DNA from: Antedon mediterranea
Lineage: Eukaryota; Animalia; Echinodermata
DNA length: 64,000 bases
Reading direction: 5' to 3'
Assembly: GCF_964355755.1 (NCBI RefSeq)
Contig: NC_092674.1
Span: forward strand, 1,054,001 to 1,118,000
Under the pieces are notes generated by a model. The model searched no databases. It was not told where the DNA came from and saw nothing but the letters and a program-made list of their open reading frames with translations. The first letter of the stretch is position 1. Each line of letters begins with the position of its first letter. Positions 25,183 through 36,317 of this stretch are shown here, in pieces. A program made the translations under genes and the position numbers.

Positions 25183-28100
25183 ATGTTCAATACTTTGCTG
25201 GTATTATTCCTAGCAGGAATGTTAGATTTTCCTTACACAGGTAACCGTTATTTATCTATTTCTCAAACGTTTTTTTAAAACATACATTTTTTTATTCTGC
25301 TTATTTTGTTCATAATTCGTTATCGTTAGGTAAAAATGTAATATGTAAGTGAAGATTGGTAACTATTGACTATTGATCTATAACCTTTTTTGATTTGAGT
25401 TTTATTTGTTTACAAGCTTTCTAAAGAACAAATAATATATTTTTAATAAAAATAGATGTTTTTATTTTTTTTCACAGTTAATGGAGAAGATAACAGACTG
25501 TATTTAGTAGTCTTTGACCAAAGTGATTCTCTTGCTTACATTTATTGGATTTCAGCTAATCCAGAAGTTTATGAAAATGACCGAAATTTAGAATTTGAAA
25601 AACTTTACACAGTTCCAATAAATATGTACATGCCATCATCACCTATCTATCGGTTCTCGGCGTTGGCAGTCGATTACCACGAAGGAAATGTAACGTATCA
25701 CGAGCAGGAAAACCACTGGATACAAATAACTCCTGATATTACATCAGAATCTGATTACGTGATACCATGGATTGAAGCTGGTACATCTGGCAGAGTTAAT
25801 GGTTTAGCGATTGACTGGTTAGCAAAAAATGTATACTGGGTTGATGAGGGGTACAACTGGATTAAAATGACAAATTATACGGGAAGAGGAGAAGTGGTGA
25901 TTGCTGAGGTGGATATTGAGAGACCTTCTGGAATAGCTTGTCATCCTTACAAAGGGTAAGTATTGAGAAACTAAAGAAAGAAAAGCTTGTAATAAGCTTT
26001 AACGTTAACGTTGATAGTATCTTTTATAACAAGTAAACACAACTAATTGTTGGCTTACACCGAAACAACGGTGGTGATAGGACTGTTGTATATGTCTTAA
26101 TTGAGCAAAACTGCAACCGTAACAAAGCAATGGAAAATCAAACGAAACGTTTTGTTTGAAATAGGTAGTCACAGTTGTAGGTCCATGTCATGCGTGTAAA
26201 CTGCGCAGTCCTATCAGATAAAAATGGAATAAATGATTGTAAGACTGAAAAAAACTATGCATAGAAAACATTATACTGGTCTATGTATAACAATCTAGCT
26301 TGATGGTTAATATGCTTGATTTTCCATCTTTTCCCCCTAAAAAGTTATCTATTCTGGACCGAATTAGGAGACCAATATCCACCGAAGATTGAAAGATCAA
26401 CAATGGCGGGAAATAACCGAATTACAATCGTTGATGGGCTGACTGAACCGAGATCTATAGCTGTAGACACGATATTGGACAGGTAACACCTTTTTGGAAC
26501 TTATAGGCTGTGTGCACCAAAACATTCATTTAAAATGAATTAAATTCCATAAGAAGTACATGAACAAAACAATACATATAAATGGTATACAACTTTTAAT
26601 GAATATTAAAAGCATAAAAACTTTAGATAAACGATTTAAAATGTAGTCTTTAACCTTGATAGCTCCCCAAAAAATCAAATTTTAACCTAAAACTAAATCA
26701 TTATGGACAAGGGCCTACACTATAACTTAATCATAATAATCTTCTTTTGTACGAATATTGTTAATTTAAATGACAATGAAGTGAGGGTGTCGATAGATTC
26801 GTTGAGTAACGGGAACAGAATTATGCATCGTTGAACACAAACTGTTTGGTATTATCTAGGCAAGGCACCTAATTATCTGAAAAGGTTTGGTATGCAAACC
26901 AGAAATTATTTGCTTATTGGGTAATTTACTCTCCACAATCATATCGCAGTAAAAGAAAGAATCAGAGCATACAAAGTGTGTTATGGTTGAAAACAACTGT
27001 TATTCATCCGCATTATTTGGGTAAGAAACTTGAAATAGTTGGCGTGCAAAATTACTGGAAATTACTAACTTTATAATTTTACATTTTCAGCTTGATTTAA
27101 CAATTCTTTTGTTAAGAGATACACAACTGCGAAACTATTGCACATAACTTATATACTAAACACACTTATCCATCAAACATACTGTACTTATCCATTTAGT
27201 ATTTTATAATACCACATTGACAAATAATGTACGTTAAAATAAAACTTTCTTTGTCTCAGAATTTATTGGACTGACAATACTGCAACAGAAATTAAAGTTG
27301 AATCTTCTGATCTTAACGGTAATGGAAGACGAAGAGAAGTATCAGAACCAACTTCTCTGGGTGTATTTGATAGTATTGCTGTGGATGAAGTGAGTAACAT
27401 AATAATTACCAAAGTCTCTGGGTGTATTTGATAGTATTGCAGTGGATGAAGTGAGTAACATAATAATTATTTATTCATCATCATATTATTGGTATTATTT
27501 ACCAAGAAAGATAATACTGTACTTGAATTCCAATGATGTCATTAATCTCAACAAACTTGTTTTTTTTTCGTAATAGACTTATATTTTTGTCGGTGGATCG
27601 GCTTCCGAATATTTTATGCGTTATTACAGAAAAGTTTCTCCAAATGAATTGGTGTTCGAGTATGAGTTTGGTAGCGACATCGATCTGTACGATTTATGTG
27701 TTGCTGGTCCTAACATCCAATCACAACCTGTAACGTGTAAGGAAGTTTGTTTTAACGATTCCTCCATTTTTTACTACTTTACTAAGTTTGATGACATGCT
27801 CCTAAAATGTGGAGAAATAATGTGATCGTTTGATTTATTGTGAGACTTTATTTCCTCATAATTATATCCCACATTGCTTTAAAATATTAGCCCATCAATT
27901 TTTCTATTTCAGCACCGTGTGATGGTAATACTTGCGAACACTACTGTGTATCGGCAGCCAATAACAACCACGAATGTTTATGTCGAGATGATTACGTATT
28001 AAATCCTAATGGAACGTGTAGTATCGGTACGTTATTACGTAGGCCTAATTGCTTCAATACATTAAACATTACAAAATAACAATTAACATTCTAAAACTAT

Positions 28101-31100
28101 AAACCGTTCGTTTTGTAGATTCTTCATTATATTACCCGCCGTATTGCGTGATAGGACAAACAGACGCCATATCCTCTTTTGATCCAACTATACTGCACCA
28201 TGATTGGCTATCATATCATGGAGTAGATGCCTACATTCACACTATTTTTAGTGGATCACCTCCATATGAGACGACAGCATTAGTGGTTGACATACACAGT
28301 AACTTGTTGTTTTTGGCTGATGATTTGAAAAAGGAAATATTTGTCGTAAAAGTGAAAGTAGGAGAGTTCAGGGTTTCAATACATAAATACAATACGGGTC
28401 AGATTGAGGGTAAATATTTGTTTTAAGTTTCATGTTATTTTTTAACGTAAAGATATATATAATATAAATAATAAAATAAAATTAATACATTTTATACAGA
28501 AAGAATTTTATGGACAGAAAGAGCATGTAAAGTAAAAGCCAGTAGAAAGTAAAAGAGTTTGAACTATCTGTTTTAGTTATTTAACTGTTAAAAACAATGT
28601 AATTGTAATTACAAAACTATTTTTAAATATTTTTTACTGTTATCTTTGTTCTATTAATAATCATACAAATCTGATTTATGATTTGTATTATAGGTATGGC
28701 GGTAGACTGGTTGACACTTAATCTTTATTTTGTTGACTATGTAAATGATAGTCGCTGTTCTTTGGCGTATGATGGAAAAGGTTTAACATGCAAATATGAC
28801 GTCATAAAACCAACGGCAATTGCGGTAGAACCTTTCGCAAGGTATCTTGGGATTATTTGTTTACCGTGTTCGAACCATACAACACTCAAATGTTAGGTTT
28901 TATGTAAAAAACAATCTATATTAATGTTACTCAACAGGTACATGTTTTGGACAGAGGAAACCTCACCTGCCAAGCTCGTTAGAAGTGACTTAGATTTTGC
29001 AAATCAAAGAGATCTGACGGACATAGGTCTCCAGAAACCAACAGGGATGACAATTGATCTAAAGCTGAATAGGTGCGTATATCATATGAACGAAGATGAA
29101 TAGTTAGGACAAACGTTCAACACGCGTTTTATACCATTTGAGCTATATTATTTTTAAAATTATTTTTCCTAAAGGATCTACATGGTAGGATCAGATAGTA
29201 AAGTGATATACTCAACTGATTATGATGGAAACAATAAAAAAACTATTGGAAGAAGTAAATATGCTGCCATTGATATTACGAATTATCAGGTAAAATAGCA
29301 AGGGTCTACCGCATACCCGCTCGAATCACATGCATTTATTGATTTCTTTTCTGTCTTTATTATAGAGTAAGTGACATAATATCCCCAGATACATTAACAA
29401 ACGATAGCATTACTTTCCATGCTCTTCTAGGCTAGAATAAGTTAAATATATACGATATATAATTGAACGAAACAACCAGTAACTAGATCTTAATTTACTA
29501 CTAATACAACAATAATTGAAACATCAGAGTTACTTCTGAGTTATGTTCTTAGCTTGGTCAAATTGTCTAATACTGAAATTATTGTATTTGTATAGGACTT
29601 TCTGATATTAGCTGAACCAATCAGTAGATCCACCGGAATAGTTGAAGCGATTCACAAGCCAACTGGAGAACACGAAGGTTCCATAATGTTGGATTCCTCT
29701 ATCACAGCTATCGCCATCGCTGACGAGTCAACTCAACCGAGAACATGTAAGAAAGTGTCAAACGTACTACGAGACTACTTTTCATATAATATTCATGAAT
29801 TCGTTATACCAGACACTAGGTCTTAATGTTAGGTAACGACTAGGCCTATAGGGACAGATCTAGAACGTACACTAGGCCTATAGAGACAGATCTAGAAAGT
29901 ACACTAGGCCTATAGAGACAGATCTAGAACGTACACTAGGCCTATAGAGACAGATCTAGAACGTACACTAGGCCTATAGAGACAGATCTAGAACGTACAC
30001 TAGGCCTATAGGGACAGATCTAGAACGTACACTAGGCCTATAGAGACAGATCTAGAACGTACACTAGGCCTATAGAGACAGATCTAGAACGTACACTAGG
30101 CCTATAGAGACAGATCTAGAACGTAGGCCTACACTAGGCCTATAGAGACAGATCTAGAACGTACACTAGGCCTATAGGGACAGATCTAGAACGTACACTA
30201 TGCTGGTAACGACTAGGCCTATAGGGACAGATCTAGAACGTACACTATGCTCCAAACAAGTATTGCAAACATTTTTCTCTAACAAACACTTTAAAATCGG
30301 ACGATGGATTTTACATTTGTATCCGTTTTCTATGTTCCTGTAGTACTCTTTCCCATTCGGTTTCTATTTTAAATCCTGAAAACACGGGTTCCAGCGTCCA
30401 GTATGACGGTATGTTATAGGCCTACAACACTCCTTTAATGTGAAAATGACTTAACGGATATCTAGACATATACATTGACTTTTTAAGTTTAAAGTGCCTA
30501 ATTGACTATTCTGTTTTACAGCACCTTCGATACAGGACGAGGAATCAGGTATTTAACATGTTTTACTTTGTTGAAATATTGAAATATTGTGTGTTGGGCA
30601 AATGGTGTGTTGGAGAGATGGTGTTTTGGAGAAAAGGTTTGAGAGATGAATGTGATGTGTGTTTTGTTTTTGTAATGGCTAAAGTATATCTAGTAGTAGG
30701 CCTACAAAGTAATAACCGAAGTAGTTCAGCTTTTTTTTTTGTATTATGATTTCAAATCTTTTTGTGTGATGTAGACAGCGGTGGACTGAATTTTGGTGTC
30801 GTAGGAGGTGCTATAATTGCTATCATTATCATGTTGGCTATCATCTTTGCTATGATAAGGTACGTAAAATGCGATTTTACAAGGACTTTAACATGAGTGT
30901 GTTTAGCTGTTCTTGTTTTGATTAGAAATTAGAAACCATTTCATATACATAATTTCATATATTTCAGATCGAAGCGGACTAACACAGAAAGTGAAATGTC
31001 AGAGCAAAATAACCTGTATGATAATAAAGCATTCGTCGTTGACATGACTACTACAAAGCCCACAGTCCGCCCACAGTCATCCGGTAATACACCGAAGAGT

Positions 31101-31382
31101 AAAGGGCAAAGCACACCATCTGGAGATACTAGTTCAGCAGAACTCCCACAGTCATCCGGTAACACACCGAAGAGTAAAGGGCAAAGCACACCATCTGGAG
31201 ATACTAGTTCAGCAGAACTCTCACAGTCATCCGGTAACACACCGAAGAGTAAAGGGCAAAGCACACCATCTGGAGATACTAGTTCTGCAGAGCGTCCTCG
31301 GGCCTTAATTGACAAACCATTTCACCGCTGGAAACCTCCACCGCATGTACTCGAACCGCCTGTGTTTAATAAAGGAAAATAG
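25183..31382 (+). CDS. Gene C: LRP-like receptor, signal peptide-YWTD propeller-EGF-YWTD propeller-TM-Ser/Thr-repeat tail
   Basis: Exons 25183-25240 (signal, identical to gene B), 25478-25955, 26345-26482, 27260-27389, 27577-27736, 27913-28026 (EGF), 28119-28409, 28694-28841, 28938-29072, ~29175-29289, 29597-29746, 30522-30548, TM 30775-30859 (GVVGGAIIAIIIMLAIIFAMI) and tail 30968-31382. No lesion seen. Confidence 0.85.
27347..27470 (+). repeat. 61-bp exon-end/splice-donor repeat, 2 units
   Basis: Two gatgaa|gtgagtaacataataatta donors 61 bp apart (27390 and 27451). Confidence 0.9.
29839..30250. repeat. 32-bp intronic minisatellite, about 12 units
   Basis: Unit actaggcctatagagacagatctagaacgtac. 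Confidence 0.95.
31071..31295 (+). repeat. 75-bp (25-aa) coding repeat x3 in the gene C cytoplasmic tail
   Basis: PQSSGNTPKSKGQSTPSGDTSSAEL repeated three times. Confidence 0.95.
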
Positions 31383-32982
31383 TCTTTACTTAGACCATGG
31401 TGCTTAGACTTGCATAATTATTATTAGATGCCTGTTAAAAGTCCCGTTAACTCTCAAAAGACAAATGTTTGGTGTGATCTCCGTTGTTTTGCACGGAGCT
31501 CTGAGCATTATTATATAAAGGAATATAGATAGATATATAGATGGAAAGCAAGTAAGGTTCTGATAATGTGCATGCATTAGATATGTAATGGAGGCGTGGA
31601 TGATGTTATTTTGTAGTTTATAGGATGCCTATATTTTCTGAATTATTTTTCTACAATTATAAGCATATGAGAGTATTTGCGTGGTGTATTATAAATAGTT
31701 TATAGTTAAATATAAAAAATATATAAAATTACACGCGACCATTTAAATCTGTGTAGTACTTAGTAAATCGCTCGACGGAGAAATGTTGCCAAATCCCATA
31801 AAAAAAACGAACTGGCTGCCTCTACGCCTAGTCGTAAATCCAATCCTGATTCTATATTTACGCCGATATCGCTCTCCCTTTAAAAAAACACTCCAATTTT
31901 ACTCGATATTCAGTACAATTAAGTTGGACAACTACCATCGACCACTTAAGTGTAAGAAGTTAGCCCACGTCTTAACTTTGCTGGATAGTTGAGAAATTGA
32001 TGTTATTGGGCAAGACAATGACTTGCACAGTTTTAATATGATTTTATTTTTTGCATGTATATCAGTGTGAGTCGATCACGTGCCGGCCGTACTTTTCAGT
32101 AGGAATTTGGTGATAAAAAAGAACTACTGTAACTAGACATGATACAAATGTTTCAGATCACGTGAAACTTTAGTAGACAAAATAAAAACCTCTTGCGTAC
32201 CTTTTGTTCTATTCTTCTCACACGATGCTACCATTCGTCAAAAGTTATACGTTACATAGGCCTAGTTGAAGTTTACTGAACCATTGTGAAGCAACAAACA
32301 ACGATGAATGCTATTTAGGCAAATATGATTCACACTTGTCTATAATATTCTCTGTTACTTCCTCATATCACTTTGATGTTATAACAATGCAGATTCCAAC
32401 ATCAGGAACGCCAAACGGCTTATTACTTGTGTTGATTTTATTAACACACCTCTCATTTGAAGGTAAGACATTTGTTTAAACATTCTTTTATTTAATTTTT
32501 ATATCTATAATTGTTTAGTTTATTGAAAATGTAGGCCTATTACAGTTTTAAATAATGGTTCAACTTTTGATTAATCAGAGATACCATAAAGAGTAAACTA
32601 TATAACAATTACATGTTATTATGAATTTTAAAACTTTAAAGTTTGGTCCCAACAGTACGCAACGCAAGCACGTAAGCCGCAACGCAACGAATTTACCAAT
32701 AAAAAGCAATGCATTACACGCATATGACTGGTCAAATTGCTTACGTTTACTCCTATAATTCATTACAATTACAATTTTTTAACTTTTATTTAGCTACACA
32801 ACAAACTTTTTGATAAACAAGGAAATTGTTAATTGTTGACTTATACTATTAACTTTCAGTGTGTGGAGACAATACAGGTAATGAGTTATATTTAGCAATG
32901 TATGATGACCAGCGTTCGGCAACTTACATCGGTTTCTATTCGATCAGTTCACAACCATTCGCGATTGAAGAATCCTATGTAT

Positions 32983-35900
32983 TAGCAGGGTAACTTAGCA
33001 CTTTTTTTGTGCACTTTGTGACAAAAGCACCAAATTTGGCACAAACCTTCTTTAGGGTATATCTAACAATCCTAGAAGGGGTGCCCAAAAATCGGAACAA
33101 TTTAACGACGTCATTTGGACCACGCCCTTTTTTTAGTATTACGTAATAAGATGAAAACTTAAATCTTCGTATATACATACCAAGTTTGGTATCAAATTAA
33201 AACTCATGACATGTACATTGCAATACACACATAAAAAATATATGATTTCTCTTCAGACGGAATATATAGGTCAAATAATGTAATTTTCTGTCATATTGAA
33301 GGGTATTTCAATCAAAACGTGCCAATATTGTGCTATGTTATGAACATTGTAGTTATAAGAACAACAACATTCATTTTTGTAATAGTACGAATATATATTT
33401 ATCCTGTACCAGTTACTTTCCTTTAAAATAATATTAGGAACCACTGAAAAAAAGTATATAAAACATATACTGTATCAAACTTGGGCTCAATAACCACTGG
33501 ACTATTAGTAAACCGACAAAAGACTATTTGACTGACAATTATGGCGTTAGCATCCATAACAATACATGGAGGTGATAATCAACTTTACTTTTATGAAATT
33601 ATTTATCTGGAAACAAACACTTAGGTACAGAGTTGCTAGATGACGAACAAGTTCCAGTGCACTGCTGAACAGCACTTGCAGTTCCCTGAGCAAAAAGGCA
33701 ACTTTTTGCAGCCACACTTTAGCAATTCCCTACATGCCTTGGATGCTTCAGGTAGTATGGTCCAGACTGGTGTCCATGTACTGCCAGTTTTAGTCCAACC
33801 AAAGTCTTCTGGTGATGGAGCATTCTGCTGTGGCTGTAGACTGGTGGTCCAAATGCTTGCTTGGTATATGGATCTGTTGGAATGCTGTAAAAGTGCATCC
33901 TGCAATAAACAATTTAAAGATTGGTGTTACCTTTTAATGAAAGAAAAACATGAACCTGATAATAAATTATTAAACGACAATTGACAATTATATGGAAGCT
34001 CCCCTTACCTGTGTAGGAGGAATGTTGTCCATTGTCCGTGCCTTTCTTGAAAAAAGATCTTGTCTTAGCTTAGTAACACTTCTTAAAGTACTTGTCTTGT
34101 CGTATAGATGACATGTAAACTCCTCTAGCAACTGGAATTGAGATGAGTTGACTCCTAGAGATTTGAAAGGGTGATGTGCCATGAAAAGAAAGGCTTCTGT
34201 AACTGCTGGAAATGAGTTCCACGTCTCCCATGCGGAGTGTTTTGCTTTTCCAAAGAACTGGGATGTAGTATCGGACCCAGTAAATGCATGAAATACTGGC
34301 AGCCCTCTTGACTTATCCTCTCCTAGGTTATGGCAGATGGTATTTATATTAAAATATTGGAAGTGCTTACCCATGCCAAATGCGACCCAGATACACGTAC
34401 CAGGATAACAGGCTATTAGATTGCAGAAAATACCAACCAGGATAACAATGACATCAGTATCAACTGTACGCACCAAAATAGCCCTGCTACCTTTCTTTAA
34501 GGCATCATCAATGTGAATGCACATCTTGGAGTCGGCCTCTTCATGGTCGCAGATTGACATAGGTTGAGTAGATGTCAACATACAAAAGACTCGCCTACAG
34601 GACATATATCAAGAATTACTTACTATTTAATATGCCTTTTTAATTAATTATTGGTATGAAACTGTATAAGTAAATTAATCGTTTGGTTACAAACAAAACA
34701 AATTAGTATGTATCATAATAAAACTTACCTGATGCAGTCAGAGTAATCATGGGTAGACACCTTTGTAGTTAAAAAGTTAAATAACTCCTCTTTATTTACT
34801 GGATCTTTCAGAAAGTCTGGAAAATTCCCTGGAATCTTTGTTTGTCCCCCAACTTTCCTCCTGACCCCTTTTCCTCTTTTTTCTCCTGTAGACTGCTTAA
34901 GACTATCTGTTCTGTAAGTGTCCCACACTATATCAATTCTGTTACTATTCTGCAGCTGCTGTCTGGTCCACGGTAGAAAGACCTGTCATACAAATGATAC
35001 AAGAATAACGATCCGCATATAGAAGTGACCAATTATATGGTGGTTAAACAATAGATACAATCCTGAATGCAAAGAAATGTACTCACCTTATCACCGTAGT
35101 CATCAAATGTAAATGCATGGTTGCTGGAAAGAGCATGGACAATAGCAGCTCCGTCAAACACCTTTACATCAAAATATGTAGGAGGTTCAGGCTGGCCTTC
35201 AGTCTCCAAATGCTGTAGCAACTCAGACTTCTTAGTTGGTAGTCGAAGCTTTCCATTTACTGCCAAAGAGGGTGGCCATGGCTGGTTTTCGTGCATGAAG
35301 AAGTCTTCCAAATCTCCATCACGAGATTGACTTGCAATATACAGTCGCTTTGTTTTGGACACTGATTTTGACCATGGTGTTTGATGGCTTGTTGAATAAT
35401 TGCAACACTTCTGTCGAGAATAACTTCCTTGAAATATTTTTGGTACTGGGTAGTACCTACATCCTGAATTGTACGAACTGTCACTACTGCACTTTCATTG
35501 GCACAATCTCGAGCATCCAAGACCAGAAGTTCTGAACAATTATCGAGGAATTGGTTGCCTGCATTGCTCAGGGAACTGCAAGTACCGTTCAGCAGGTCTT
35601 TCTTGCACTGGTCTTTGTTATCCATGCCGTGGAACCTGTTCGTCATCTAGCAACTCTGTACCATTATAAGTGTTAGTTTCCAGATAAATAATTTCATAAA
35701 AGTAAAGTTGATAATCACCTCCATGTATTGCTATGGATGCTAACGCCATAATTGTCAGTCAAATGGTCTTTTGTCTGTTTACTTAGTCCAGTGATTATTG
35801 AGCCAAGTTTGATACAGTATATGTTTTATATACTTTTTTTCAGTGGTTCCTAATATTATGTTAAAGGAAAGTAACTGATACAGGATAAATATATATTAGT

Positions 35901-36317
35901 AGTTGTATTACAAAAATGAATGTTGTTGTTCTTATAACTACAATGTTCATAACATAGCCCAATATTGGCGCGTTTTGATTGAAATCCCTTTCAATGTGAC
36001 AGAAAATGACATTATTTGACCTATATATTCCGTCTGAAGAGAAATCATATGTTTTTTATGTGTGTATTGCAATGTACATGTCATGAGTTTTAATTTGATA
36101 CCAAACTTGGTATGTATATACGAAGATTTAAGTTTTCACCTAATTACGTAATACTAAAAAAAGGGCGTGGTCCAAATGACGTCGTTAAATTGTTCCGATT
36201 TTTGGGCACCCCTTCTAGAATTGTTAGATATACCCTAAAGAAGGTTTGTGCCAAATTTGGTGCTTTTGTCACAAAATGCACAATCTTCATAAAAAATGGA
36301 AGTTAGCAACCCTGCTA
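32983..36317 (-). mobile_element. Academ (AcademX-type) non-autonomous DNA transposon, 3335 bp, with long TIRs and a 3-bp TSD
   Basis: Termini TAGCAGGG...CCCTGCTA. TAT duplicated at 32980-32982 and 36318-36320. TIRs of ~720-765 bp (32983-~33702 vs ~35554-36317). Internal minus-strand exons encode FFMHENQPWPPSL, VFDGAAIVH, WDTY...SLK, HEEADSKM, FHAFTGSDTTS (XPG-like) and CGC..C..CKC (Cys-rich). The N-terminal transposase portion is missing. TAG..CTA ends, long TIRs, a 3-bp TSD and XPG+Cys8 match the Academ superfamily description. Confidence 0.85.
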
